Shown piece after piece: positions 1-13,162 of a stretch of 64,000 bases of DNA. This stretch comes from Mizuhopecten yessoensis (Eukaryota), in NCBI RefSeq assembly GCF_002113885.1, contig NW_018405000.1, positions 316,436 through 380,435 of the forward strand, in the 5' to 3' direction. Below the pieces are notes generated by a model, which was not told the DNA's origin, did no database searches, and worked only from the letters and a program-made list of their open reading frames with translations. Both the position numbers and the translations under genes were made by a program. Position 1 is the first letter of the stretch. The number at the start of each line of letters is the position of its first letter.

Positions 1-78
1 AGCATTTACTGGGACGGAAGGTGGCTGGAGGAGCGTTTACTGGGACGGAAGGTGGCTGGAGGAGCATTTGCTGGGACG
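1..78. repeat. End of 31-bp minisatellite (agcatttactgggacggaaggtggctggagg)
   Basis: About 2.5 copies visible at the window edge. Confidence 0.8.
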
Positions 79-146
79 TTTCAAGGTTTCTCACGAATAG
101 TCACCTGATCAGTGGCGCTTACAGTTTGATATATGCCCCTTACAAT

Positions 147-702
147 CCTCAAATGTCCCCCACTTCAACGTCCAAAAGGTCCCCCACCATCTCCCACTTC
201 AACGTCCAAAATGTCCGCCGCCATCTCCCACTTCAACGTCCAAAATGTCCGGCACCATCTCCCACTTCAACGTCCAAAATGTCCGCCACCACCTCCCACT
301 TCAACGTCCAAAATGTCCGCCACCACCTCCCACTTCAACGTCCAAAATGTCCGCCACCACCTCCCACTTCAACGTCCAAAATGTCCGCCACCACCTCCCA
401 CTTCAACGTCCAAAATGTCCGCCACCACCTCCCACTTCAACGTCCAAAATGTCCCCCACCGTCTCCCACTTCAACGTCCAAAATGTTTCCCACCATCTCC
501 CACTTCCAACGTCCAAAAGGTCCGCCACCATCTCCCACTTCAACGTCCAAAAGGTCCCCCACCATCTCCCACTTCAACATCCAAAATGTCCCCAACCATC
601 TCCCACTTCAACGTCCAAAATGTCCCCCACCATCTCCCACTTCAACATCCAAAATGTCCCCAACGATCTCCCACTTCAACGTCCAAAAGGTCCCCCACCA
701 TC
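147..702. repeat. 34-bp minisatellite (ctcccacttcaacgtccaaaatgtccgccaccac), about 16 copies
   Basis: Direct tandem periodicity. Confidence 0.95.
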
Positions 703-719
703 TTAGTTGTAGTTGTGTT

Positions 720-1939
720 TTATCAATAAACAATTACTAAACGAGCCAACATACTGGTACCTTTCTATCAATAAACAATTACTAAACGAGAAAACATACT
801 GGTACCTTTCTATCAATAAACAATTTCTAAACGAGACAACATACTGGTACCTTCCTATCAATAAACAATTACTAAACGAGAAAACATACTGGTACCTTTC
901 TATCAATAACCAATTACTAAACGAGACAACATACTGGTACATTTCTATCAATAAACAATTACTAAACGGGACAACATACTGGTACCTTTCTATCAACAAA
1001 CAATTACTAAACGAGACAACATACTGCTACCTTTCTATCAATAAACAATTACTAGACGAGATAACATACTGGTACCTTTCTATCAATAAACGATTACTAA
1101 ACGAGACAACATACTGGTACCATCCTATCAATAAACAATTACTAAACGAGAAAACATACTGGTACCTTTCTATCAATAAACGATTACTAAACGAGACAAC
1201 ATACTGGTACGTTTCTATCAATAAACAATTACTAAACGAGACGACATACTGGTACCTTTCTATCAATAAACAACTACTAAACGAGACAACATACTGGTAC
1301 CCTTCTATCAATAAACAATTACTAAACGAGATAACATACTGGTTCCTTTCTATCAATAAACAATTACTAAAGGAGATAACATACTGGTACCTTTCTATCA
1401 ATAACCAATTACTAAACGAGACAACATACTGGTACCATCCTATCAATAAACAATTACTAAACGAGACGACATACTGGTACCTTTCTATCAATAAACAATT
1501 ATTAAACGAGACAACATACTGGTACCTCTCTATCAATAAACAATTACTAAACGAGTCAACATACTGGTACCTTTCTATCAATAAACAATAACTAAACGAG
1601 ACAACATACTGGTACCTCTCTATCAATAAACAATTACTAAACGAGACAATATACTGGTACCTTTCTATCAATAAACAATTATTAAACGAGACAACATACT
1701 GGTACCTCTCTATCAATAAACAATTACTAAACGAGTCAACATACTGGTACCTTTCTATCAATAGACAATTACTAAACGAGACAACATACTGGTACATTTC
1801 TATCAATAAACAATTACTAAACGGGACAACATACTGGTACCTTTCTATCAACAAACAATTACTAAACGAGACAACATACTTGTACCTTTCTATCAATAAA
1901 CAATTACTAACCGAGACAACATACTGGTACCTTTCTATC
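720..1939. repeat. 45-bp minisatellite, about 27 copies; the unit contains the exon E splice donor
   Basis: Unit actaaacgagacaacatactggtacctttctatcaataaacaatt; the last copy overlaps exon E by 9 nt. Confidence 0.95.
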
Positions 1940-2043
1940 CCTGGGTGAGATGAGTTCCTGTTTAAGACCGTATAGTGTTCTGACCAAGGTTTCCCCTACC
2001 GAGTCTGGTGAGGTAAACATGCTGGCATCAGGCAGGTCCTGAT
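1931..2043 (-). CDS. Internal coding exon E: (D)QDLPDASMFTSPDSVGETLVRTLYGLKQELISPRDRK; the gene continues off the left edge
   Basis: Acceptor attacag|AT, donor AAG|gtacca. 113 nt, phase 1 to phase 0, open frame. Confidence 0.75.
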
Positions 2044-2268
2044 CTGTAATCACAAGTCAACAAATCAGGAAACTAATACAATATTATTATATAATTATTT
2101 ATCTTTTATTTTTGTATAAAGGTTGACCTTAATAACAGTATTGACATCATTCTGACTTCTTATTGTACATTCTATAGTGGACAAACAGTTGTCAATTCAT
2201 ACCAAGGTTTGATTATAGAGCTATATCACTAAATATGGTTTCCTTGCCTATAACCTTTCGACACCTAC

Positions 2269-2459
2269 CATTAGGACTTGAGCAAGGCGACTCCCCCGGC
2301 GAAATGCTTAGTGCGTCCATGTGTGAGGGGGTGATTCTTGGGTGCTCTAACCCCGCCTCCAGACCTCCCTGGGATATGTGCGGGGTTGGCGGCTCTTTTG
2401 CATCCACATAATCATCGTCTTCTGTGTCTTCATCACCATCAAGACTGTTCAGGCTCATA
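2269..2459 (-). CDS. Internal coding exon D: (S)MSLNSLDGDEDTEDDDYVDAKEPP...GESPCSSPN
   Basis: Long pyrimidine tract plus cccacag|T acceptor, donor ATG|gtaggt. 191 nt, phase 2 to phase 1, compatible with exons C and E. Confidence 0.85.
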
Positions 2460-2720
2460 CTGTGGGAGGCAGAGGAGAGATACTGGTTTAGGAGACAGGA
2501 TTGGACGAGTTAGGACACAAAGGAGGGAAATGATGAGATAAGTCAGGAAACGGATTACTAAAGTTTGACTTATTTCCTACATTAATGGCAAATGTTTAAT
2601 ATTTATATTTCATCGGGGTTGTGTTTTTCCATTTTCATTTAAACTCTACAAGAAGGACAACTTTCTATGTGGTTGACAAGCTGCGGTTTGAATTTCATAT
2701 AATTCTTAAGGAATAAAAAT

Positions 2721-5137
2721 ACAAGAGATCCCAGAGGGATCTTGGCGCCCACCATCTGTTAAGTTCTTCCTTTAGTCTTTTTGTTTTCATGATCAGTCTC
2801 AAAATATAACATGTACAGCAGGGGATCAAGGGGAACCTACATATCAAATTTGAGAAAGATCCCTGAAGTTATTCCTGAGAAATAGTACTAACAAAACCTT
2901 CAATGTCGAAATAATCATAGATGGCTGTCAGTAGGCCATTTTGTTTAACTGATCAGTTTCAAAAGTAAACATGAACAAGAGGCCCATAGGGCCTGTATCG
3001 CTCACCTTGATATCTAAGCAATCATGGCAGAATATTCTCCAAATGAGATCCAAGGGAATATGCCAGACCCAAAGGCCAATCCTTGTAGCATATATATCTG
3101 TATTCAATTTTTCATGCCCAGCAATTTTATGTATGGTTATGGGGTGGGGATCTCAACTGTTTCCAAGCTGTGACGCAGAAACTAGGTCCCTACGGTTGTG
3201 GCCAGACCCCAGGATCAATTCTAATATCATGACTGCATTTGTCTCTTTTTGCCCAGCATTTGTATATATAGTTTTGGGGTGGGGATTTCAACCGTTTCAA
3301 AGTTATGACCCAGGGGTTAAGTCTGCAAGGGTGGGGCAAACCCTGGGGTCAATTCTAATATCATGACTGCATTTGTCTCTTTATGCCCAACAATTGTATA
3401 TATAGTTTTGGGGTGGGGATCTTAACCATTTCAAAGTTATGACCCAGGGGTTAAGTCTCCAAGGGTGGGGCAGTCCCCAAGGCCATCCTGGAAGCATANN
3501 NNNNNNNNNNNNNNNNNNNNNNNNNNNNNNNNNNNNNNNNNNNNNNNNNNNNNNNNNNNNNNNNNNNNNNNNNNNNNNNNNNNNNNNNNNNNNNNNNNNN
3601 NNNNNNNNNNNNNNNNTCCCATGAATGCTTTTGATTAAATATGATTGATATCCAGTGCATAGTTCTACAGAAGAAGTCGTTTATAGCAATCTAGCCAAAT
3701 TGCCCCCTTTTTGGCCCCGCCCCTCAGCCCCCTGGGGGGTCAGCCCAACCATTTGTACAATTTTGAATCCCCACCACCTAGGGATGCTTCCAGTCTAATA
3801 TGGTTGATATCCATCACTTAGTTCCAGAGAAGAAGTCGCTTAAAGCAATATAGCGAAATAACCCTTTTTGGCCCCGCTCCTCAGCCCCCTGGGGGGTCAG
3901 CCACACCATTTGTACAATTTTGAATCCCCACCACCTAGGAATGCTTCCAGTCTAATATGGTTGATATCCATCACTTAGTTCCAGAGAAGTAGTCGCTTTA
4001 AAGCAATATAGCCAAATTGCTCCCTTTTTGCCCCGCCCCTCAGCCCCCTGGGGGGTCAGCCACACCATTTGTACAATTTTGATTCCCCACCACCTAAGGA
4101 TGCTTCCAGTCAAATTTAGTAAAATTCAAATCAGTGGTTAAGAAGAAGAAGTCGTTTAAAGAAATTGTTGACGGACGGACGACGGACGACGGACGCCATG
4201 GTATGGCATAAGCTCACCTTGGTCCTTTGGACCAGGTGAGCTAACAATAAAAGGAAGTGGGGAACCTGCATTGGATGGGCCAAAAAATTTTTTTTGGGTC
4301 AAGTAAAAAATTGAAGCACTGGCCCAAATGACATTGGTGGCCCAAATAATTTTGGGAAGAAATATTTCCACAGCATTTAGCACAATGCTTCAGCACATTT
4401 AAATTACATATAACATGACAATATTTGTAATATGTAAAACAGAATAAAACATTATATTTTTAATTCTTAAACCATAGTTAAAACCTGACATGATCCACTC
4501 CATTTAGGTATTCTAAAAAAAGGAATACACAAAACTCGCACCTCAAAGAAGACACCTTGGCAGTATTTAAAAATCAGATTTTTTTATTATCCCATTTTCT
4601 AAATCAAGAACAGTTCGATTCAAATCGAAGTAATGACAACTGAAAAATGTACTGCCCCCCAGTTAATGTGGAAGGGACTATAATTTCTTTTATTCATTAA
4701 TTTGTCAACAGTCGCCCAAAGTATTTTTGTTGGGCCAGTGACTACCTCACTTTTGACACCTTTCGGTCGCTCGAGCAAGACTTTAACCGCCATTGGCAAG
4801 CAGGCGACCATCCATTTTAGGCACTGCTGCAACAACAAGGGAATAAGGGAAACCTACATATAAAATTTCCCGAGAAATAGCAATAACAATCTTTCACTAT
4901 CAAAATCCAAGATGGCTGCCTGTCGGCCATGTTGTTTATCCAATCAGTCTCAAAAGTTCCCATGCACAGCTAAGGACCGATGTTAACCTACATATCAAAT
5001 TTGAGAAAGATCCCTTTGGTACTTCTTGAGAAATACCGATAACAATAATTGTTTAAGGACGGACGACGGACGGCGGGCGACGGACCACGGATGCAGGGTG
5101 ATTTGAATAGCCCACCATCAGATGTTGGTGGGCTAAC
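2721..5137 (+). mobile_element. Non-autonomous Helentron-type element (HINE/pearl-like), outer element with nested insertions
   Basis: 5' acaagagatcccagagggatcttggcgcccacca hairpin, internal core repeats (aacctacatatcaaatttgagaaagatccc), GGAC/GAC microsatellite near 5057-5090, 3' hairpin agcccacca...tggtgggct. Confidence 0.75.
2974..4245 (+). mobile_element. Nested HINE-type element with about 134-bp and about 158-bp core repeats (spans an N gap)
   Basis: 5' aacaagaggcccatagggcctgtatcgctcacc, (gacg)n at 4170-4196, 3' hairpin agctcacct...aggtgagct. Confidence 0.8.
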
Positions 5138-7289
5138 AATCAGTTGATTTATTCCATGCAAAAAATAAACACCAGTAAAATAAAATCTACAGTTTTATGA
5201 CCTTACACTTGAATTGTGATATGTTCATGGTTAAGACAAATCACACTGTCTTGTCAGAAATGCTCTGCTTTTTACAAACTTTACTGATCAATAACAGGTA
5301 AATCAGTTGACACTAAATAGGGAATTTCTCATTAAATTTTCAGTTGGGACAGGTATTCTGTAGCGGTGTATCCGCTGCCACACTTCAAACAGATAAACAT
5401 TTGTCACTGCCACAACACTGCAAATCTTCACATTCAAGGTAAGTATTAAATGTCAATTGTAGGCTGTAAACAAACCATTTAAAAGCATGTTACTCCTAAA
5501 AAAAAACAATTTTGTCTGATCAAGAGTGTAAGGTTTTAGTGTGTGTACTACCGAAGTACAATGTCAATGTGATGTACATCATCACGTGCCGTAACATTTC
5601 ATTAGACAGGGACGGCTGCTGGTGTAGGCCACTTTACCATTACTGCCCAGAGATTCCCTAACAGAATTATCAGAGACTGGCTAGAATCTTACACACAGCC
5701 AGTATACCACACTAAATGCTGACAATACGGCCCACTTATCTCACAGACATTTCTATTTCCCTTCGTTGTAAGGGTGAAAATTTCAGTTACATATTGCGAC
5801 TTAAAAAATAAATGGGTTGAATTGTCTGTTATTTGGAGCATGAAATTCTTTGAACAACTTTTCGCTCGAAAAGCTGCCACGTTGCCCTGGAATGGTACCA
5901 GTTGATGCTGTGAAGTGTGTGTAAGTTTACACAACATTGAGTACATGGAATTCAGGGTCCTGTGAGGCAGAAATACAATAATACACAGAGATTGAAGAAG
6001 ACCGAGTATCTATATAATATTCTTTACATTAAACAAACAACACCTGACACCAATACCTACACTGATAAACAAACACGAAGATCAGCCTACAAACATCTTG
6101 TGTCTAGGTTGTTTTTTTAAAAGTGTTTTCTGATCATGTTTATCTTGATTGTAACCCAACGGGACCCAAGAATGTACTGTTTTGGAGGTCTTAACGTTCA
6201 ACTAATTCATCTGATTACAACTTGCAGTACCATTAGAACAGAATAGCCCTGTCCATGTTAGAGACCAGAAGGAAGTGAAATATACAGTACAGGGATGGCA
6301 GGTAGTAGAAGTGTTTTAGCAGACAGAGAAGAAATGGTTTACCCACTGAGTTCCTAAACCATTGTATCCTGGTATCATTTTCTCCACAAGTTTTTACAAG
6401 AAATTATCAAACCATCTGGAATGATGAGCGAGATGAGAAAGCCAGTTTTACATGTGGTACAGAAACAAGCCCCACAGAGTCGCTATCTGTATATGATTTC
6501 TTGCTATTTGACTGCAGTATGTTTTAGTGGCCAGTACGAGACTAAACAGAAACCTTTGGTCCAGAGGGCCAGGAAAGGTGACCTCCTTTATGATGCGCTG
6601 TGAACCAGAAGCTAATGGATGCATGAAATGAGCCAAACATTCTTTTACCAAAATAACGGATGTGAAGCTATATAAATACAATTTCGTCTTAGCCCGATGT
6701 ACCCAGAGGATAGTAGATCAGTACCACCACAGCTCAAGACGATTTAATGTTGGACATGAGAAAACTAGGCCAACCCAGTCCTTATGGCTTAAACTGATGG
6801 ATGTACTGTAAGGACAGTACGTCATCATATAGCTACTGCATGCAAAATTAGAAACTTTTACTGGAAAATGAAACATTTGTAATGGTAAGATAAGAAATAA
6901 ATCATAGATTCTGACCAAAAAAAAGAATTTGTCTATACAAAGCAGAAACCAGAACCACCAGGGCATATAACCTTGAAAGACAGATTTGTAAAAATTATCT
7001 AAATAACCAATTTTGACATATGTCGGTGTAGATTGAGGTGGCCATGCAGTGATCCTACACTGGAATGTTGACCATGGTCAGAATGCCAATGGTCATTTAC
7101 TACACTGGCACCAGTTCAAACGGCCAGTCATTTCTGTGGCCATTAAAGTCAAAATCTATCTTGTTACAAATGTTAGGGAGAAGTAAGTGGAAAGGGAGCT
7201 GTCATTGTCTCTATCATTCACTACTTTAACTGGTAAATACATGGCTATAATGGTGATGTAGGCATAGCAACCAGCTGTTTACCGGCCAT

Positions 7290-7546
7290 TACCTACCTTA
7301 CAGCTCCCCCTCCCCCTAACCAGATATACTGTAGGTATGCTTATGTATGAAATACTACCTTACAGCTCCCCCTCCCCGCCTGACCAGATATACTGTAGGT
7401 ATGCTTATGTATGAAATACTACCTTACAGCTCCCCCTCCCCGCCTGACCAGATATACTGTAGGTATGCTTATGTATGAAATACTACCTTAGGGCTCCCCC
7501 TCCCCCTGACCAGATATACTGTAGGTATGCTTATGTATGAAATACT
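7290..7546. repeat. About 64-bp tandem repeat, 4 copies
   Basis: tactaccttacagctccccctcccc...gtatgaaa repeated. Confidence 0.9.
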
Positions 7547-8387
7547 AATCATAAATCTTCCAGTAAACAACTGCACCAGTTATGTATAAAATACTGCAGT
7601 AACATCTCTCCGTGCTAGTCATGTGCCTACTCGCTGATCAGAAGGTGTCAATTTTTCAGACATCAGTCTTCTGTGGAATATAATTTTTGTATTCTTGGAA
7701 ATTCAAAATCAATATAATGAATGTCATGAATAACATTTGTCGTACAACAATCTATATAATTTTTTATGAAATTCTTAATTGGACGCGCTTTTATTGATCA
7801 TATAGGAAGATTATGAACCTTAGTTTCTGGGGTGTATTAAAGGAAAAAGTTCAGGAAATTCAGAAATTTGTTTATCTGGCTAGAGTTACTTCCCATGTCA
7901 AGGTATTCTTATCTCATTTTGTTGTTGTGGATTTGGATTGGCAGTGTTTAGGTCCTGAGTTTGACTCCTATTTTTCCTGTTTGCTCTCAAATCACTCTAA
8001 TTTTGAAAAACTCTTGCTATATCACAGTAAAACATCTGAAAGACATGAAAGTCTCGTTGGACTTGTGGTTGATCTATAAAAAGCAACAGTGACCTTGGAG
8101 TTGACCTTAAGATTCTGACATACAAACTCATCTGAGGCGGTTTTTTGTACTTTTGTACATTTTGATGAAATCTGTTAAAAATGAATCTGGATGGGACGGG
8201 CATAAGTATCACTATATGTTCCCCATAAAATAGCTGCAGTATAAAAAGACATATTTCCTGCGAAAAAAAGTCTGTAAATATGAACTTAAATAATTCATAT
8301 TTGTGACAAAGATGTTTTCCTTACTGAATGTAACCATGATACTATGGTTTGACCCTAAATGACCTTCCACTTGACCCTTGGTGACCT

Positions 8388-8867
8388 GCATTCTTACCTC
8401 TTCACCCTCATTCTTACCGCTTTGTCCTCATTCTTACCTCTTCACCCTCATTCTTACCGCTTTGTCCTCATTCTTACCTCTTCACCCTCATTCTTACCTC
8501 TTTGCCTTCATTCTTACCTCTTCACCCTCATTCTTACCGCTTTGTCCTCATTCTTACCTCTTCACCCTCATTCTTACCGCTTTGTCCTCATTCTTACCGC
8601 TTTGCCCTCATTCTTACCTCTTTGCCCTCATTCTAACTCTACGTCCTCAATCTTACCGCTTCGCCCTCATTCTTACCTCTTTGCCCTCATTCTCACCTCT
8701 TCGCCCTCATTCTTACCGCTTTGTCCTCACTCTTACCTCTTTGCCCTCATTCTTACCTCTTTGCCCTCATTCTTACCCCTTCGCCCTCATTCTTACCCCT
8801 TCGCCCTCATTCTTACCCCTTCGCCCTCATTCTTACCCCTTCGCCCTCATTCTTACCTCTTCGCCCT
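8388..8867. repeat. 20-bp minisatellite, about 24 copies; the unit contains the exon C splice donor
   Basis: Minus-strand unit agggcgaagag|gtaagaatg; the first copy overlaps exon C by 11 nt. Confidence 0.95.
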
Positions 8868-9199
8868 AAGTGACTCCCCATGTATGGCATGTCGGGCCTG
8901 CAGTTTCTGGCCCTCCAACAAGTTGCCACCCCAACTTCTTCTCCGAACGCCAGGAGTGTTTCCACCGTAAAAATCTCTCAAAAAACGGTTTAAACTGACG
9001 TCAAGTCTGAAGTCGTTGGTAGAGTGGTCGAGGGTGACACCGTTTATGCAGATCTGTACGCCTGTGTCCTGTGTGGGGTCTGTATTGTACGGGCTGTCTG
9101 TGGTCTCCTCGCTATCGGAGGGCGACTCCCGGGCCAACTGTGGGGACGGGCCTGCATGCTCCTCATCCTTTGACAAGTTAAGCATAGAATTGTGGTGAT
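8857..9199 (-). CDS. Internal coding exon C: (D)HHNSMLNLSKDEEH...GVRRRSWGGNLL...HGESLRAK; possibly Lbc-family RhoGEF (AKAP13/ARHGEF18/28-like) disordered region
   Basis: Acceptor tttttcag|AT, donor GAG|gtaaga. 343 nt open frame (ORF 8853..9185), phase 1 to phase 2. The family guess rests only on motif resemblance (RRxSWG followed by an SxSL motif). Confidence 0.85.
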
Positions 9200-9854
9200 C
9201 TGAAAAACGTGAAGTTTAAAAACATGTCAAGATTTGAAATTGAAAAAGAGAATACTGGTTTAGAAAATATTTTAACATGGCTTTACTTTAGGGGCAGCAA
9301 CTTTTCCACAACTCTAGACCAGTTACATAGACAACATTAGGTTCCTACATGTGTATACATCAATTAACTTACCTCACACACAGGTTATATTTGGAGTTAC
9401 ATACTCAATCAATTATCTACATATCTACTCTTATCTACAACATCTCAATATAGACGATGTTTTTTTTGTCTAGCTCACTTTAAACTAGCTTTGGAAAGAT
9501 GTTATGCCAGCTGACAACACATGTATGGTTTTACGGATAACCAGCGTTCTCGGATAACCAGCGTTCTCGCTAGCCCAACAATAGGTGATCCCAGAAGGAA
9601 TCAAGGAGAAAGACAGAAAAACATGTTTGTCTTGTTTAAACCAAGTGGATATAGATATAAAAGCCAGTGTAGATCTCTGATACTGCCCTGCTAACCTCAA
9701 TCCTAACAGTACATGGTACTCAACTCCTACTATATAATTAAACATCCTGAATCTCTCGAAAACTGTTGTCATTATTTATTCAGAAGAATAGCATCTGGAA
9801 CATTTCCTTTTTATCACAGACCTCTTGTGTTGTAGCAGATGCCTCCTGTAAGAT

Positions 9855-11015
9855 CTGACCAGGTGCCCCTTAACAGAAACTGCATGGCATGCTCTAAAAC
9901 TGTCCCCAGCCTGGTGCCCCTTTACAAATGCTGGCATGCTCTAAAACTGGCCCATGCCAGGTGCCCCTTAACAAATGCTGGCATGCTTTAAAACTGGCCC
10001 CAGCCAGGTGCCCCCTACAAATGTGTGTCAGGTATGCCCTTTTACAGACCCTAGAAAAAAGTGCCCCCATGCTCTGGCCTGTTACTGTCCTAATACATGG
10101 CCTGGTCATGTGCCCCCATACTCTGGCCCGTTACTGTCCTAATACACGGCCTGGACAAGTGCCTCCATGCTCTGGCCTGTTACTGTCGTAATACATGGCC
10201 TGGGCATGTGGCCCCATACTCGGGACTGTTACTGTCCTAATCCATGGCCTGGTCATGGGGCCCCATACTCTGGCCCGTTACTGTCCTAATAAATGGCCTG
10301 GTCATGTGGCCCCATATTCGGGCCTGTTACTGTCCCAATACATGGACAGGACATGTGCCCCTGTACTCTGGCCTGTTAATGTCCTAAAACATGGCCTGGT
10401 CATGTGGTCCCATACTCTGGCCTCGTACTGTCCCAATACATGGACAGGACATGTGCCCCCATGCTCTGGCCTGTTACTGTTCTAATACATGGCCTGGCCA
10501 TGTGCCCCCATACTTTGGCCTTTTCGTTTCCTAATACACGGCCTGGACAAGTGCCCCCAGATTCTGGCCTGTTACTGTCGTAATACATGGCCTGGACAAC
10601 TGCCCCCATACTCTGGCCCGTTACTGTCCTAATAAATGGCCTGGTCATGTGGTCCCATACTCTGGCCTCGTACTGTCCCAATACATGGCCAGGCCATGTG
10701 CCCCCATACTTTGGCCTTTTACTTTCCTAATACATGGCCAGGTCATGGGCCCCTGTACTCTGGCCTGTTAATGTCCTAAAACATGGCCAGGACATGTACC
10801 CCCGTACTCTGGCCTGTTACTGTCGTAATACATGGCCTGGACAACTGCCCCCATACTCTGGCCCGTTACTGTCCTAATAAATGGCCTGGTCATGTCCCCC
10901 CATACTCTGGCCTGTTACTGTCCTAATACATGGCCTGGTCATGTGGCCCCATACTCGGGCCTGTTACTGTCCTAATACATGGCCAGGTCATGTGCCCCTG
11001 TACTCTGGCTTGTTA
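9855..11015. repeat. Diverged about 49-bp minisatellite (gccccatactctggcctgttactgtcctaatacatggcctggtcatgt), preceded by a shorter degenerate array
   Basis: Tandem periodicity at 10060-11015; another degenerate repeat at 9855-10050. Confidence 0.9.
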
Positions 11016-11462
11016 CTCCCCTCAAAGGCTGCCCAGGTATGTCCTAGATGCCTTGCTCAAGTCCCCCTCCCCTGCAAATGCTGGCATGCTGCTTCAGAAA
11101 TGGGCCAATTCTAATAGATGATGACCATGCCATAAGTTAATAAACCCTCCCTCAACCGACTGAAACACACATGAGCCAGTCAACTGTTCTGTATGTATAA
11201 ACAGCATATTTGAAAGATCAGAATTACAAGTTTGTCAATGAATAGTGCATGCCAAGAGTTTTCCTGTGCTATAAGCACAGATCTAGATATACCTATTGGT
11301 CTTATTACCTTAATATTGTACTGACCCATTGCCCTGACCCTGACCTTTAGTGTACAAATTATAAGATTTGATCTTTAACTCCTAGCCTTATCTTGACATT
11401 TTCGGTGCAAACTACACTGATTTTACCTTAAACTCCTTGGCCTGACCTTCACCTTAGGGTAA

Positions 11463-12247
11463 AAACTAGAAAAAGTCTGTAAGACATAAATGCCCTCGCT
11501 GCTATGTGAAATTAGTTTCAGTGTTCTATAAAAAGTTACAACCACTTTGATCTTGATACCCTGAAACATGCACATACACAAGGTACTACACTTAAAGTTG
11601 ATAAGTTGATTTTAATATTCATATGTTTTTTCTGTATGTTATTACCATCTCCATAACATATTGAATGAAGTTGCTAAGTGTTTAAATTGAATCAGTTGAT
11701 ATTTTAGCAACAGTGACCTTGGCCTTGACCTTGGAATCCTGAAACACAACAATGTCCGAAGTATACTCACACTTGACCTTTGCATAAAGTTTGACCAAAA
11801 TCCATGAAAGAATGGAATTGCTAAATGTTTAAATTGAATCAGTTGATGATTTTCTATTTATAGCAAGTGTGATCTTGGCCTTGACGTTAGATCCCTGAAA
11901 CACAACGATGTCCGAAGTATACTCATACTTGACCTTCGTATAAAGTTTGACCAAAATCTGTCAAAGAATGAAGTTACTTAGTGTTTACATTGAATCGGGA
12001 CAGGACGGGACGGATGGGACACCATGGAATGGGACAGACATGGGCAACACTATATGCCCCCCCCCATTTTATGGAGGGTTGTGGAAGTTTATGGAAGTTT
12101 GACTAAAATCTGTCAAAGAATGAAGTTTCGAAGTGTTTACATTGAATCGGGAAGGGACGGGACGGGTGTTTACATTGAATCGGGATGGGACAGACATGGG
12201 CAACACTATATGCCCCCCCCCCCCCATTTTATGGCGGGGGGCATAAC
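11463..12247 (+). mobile_element. HINE-type element with core repeats and a duplicated 3' end
   Basis: Two internal copies of ccttgacct...cctgaaacacaac...aaagtttgaccaaaatc, (ggac)n, and 3' hairpin tatgcccc...gggggcata. The 3' block is present twice. Confidence 0.65.
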
Positions 12248-13162
12248 AACAATGATATGACCTTCAACCTCTTGCGCTGACCTTTAAGGGTACCCTAGTT
12301 ACCTGGGAGACACTCACTGGTCATGCTGTGATAAATTTATGTAAAATTTCATAAAGAAATGACCAGCTGTTTAGAAAACATGGTCTGGACAAGATCTCTA
12401 TTATTTGACCTTTGACCTCTTGTCCTGACCTTAATGACCTTCAGGGTTTAGATGGCTTTCATTTAAGAAACAGAAAAGATTAGAGGATGTGTTATAGCCA
12501 CACCTCTATCTACAGGATAGTTATGTTTATATAGTGTGGGTCAGACTGCTGACTGGCACACGCTCAAGTCCTGTAACTCCATCAATGTTTAGATTGGTAC
12601 ATTACATACACAAGCTGTTTAATAGGTGAAGATTTCTGTACCATCAGGTGTTGGTGTGTGTACATGTCACATTCCGCAGGTACACTACTGAGATTTAGCC
12701 ATATTGTTTAGTAAATCTTGGTGAGCCAGACTGTAGCTGTAGAAGTACACAATGCCTGGACATTAACAAATATGCAGCATCAGTTAGCAGTACGTATACA
12801 GCAATACCTGTGGTGTTTCAATCAACAATTCAATTATTTTTATACCAGGTTAATGATGTGTTACAGTGATCGTAAGTGATTTCTAGTGTACCCAGCTGGG
12901 GACAGCCATCAGGGTCAATAATCTTATATATACAATGTTTATAGACAAATCCACAGAGACATTTCTATGTTAACTAAGCAGTCGTGTTGGTAAGCTATCG
13001 TCCTCTCCTTGCCTCTTAGGGTATCCATATTGAGTTGGCTTTACAATTGGTGCTTATCATATTAGAGTAATGGAATTTGTTTTAAACTTGTGACAACATT
13101 TCCAGTTCTACAATTTGAAGACCGGTTTGGTCACTCGAAACTGAGTCTACAGATATACCAAC

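Noticed and set aside
21-1896. Long ORFs over the 34-bp and 45-bp arrays
   Set aside because: These are tandem-repeat artefacts inside an intron of the minus-strand gene.
2460-2482. Alternative upstream acceptor for exon D (ccag|TATCTC)
   Set aside because: It would require phase 0, but exon C ends in phase 2.
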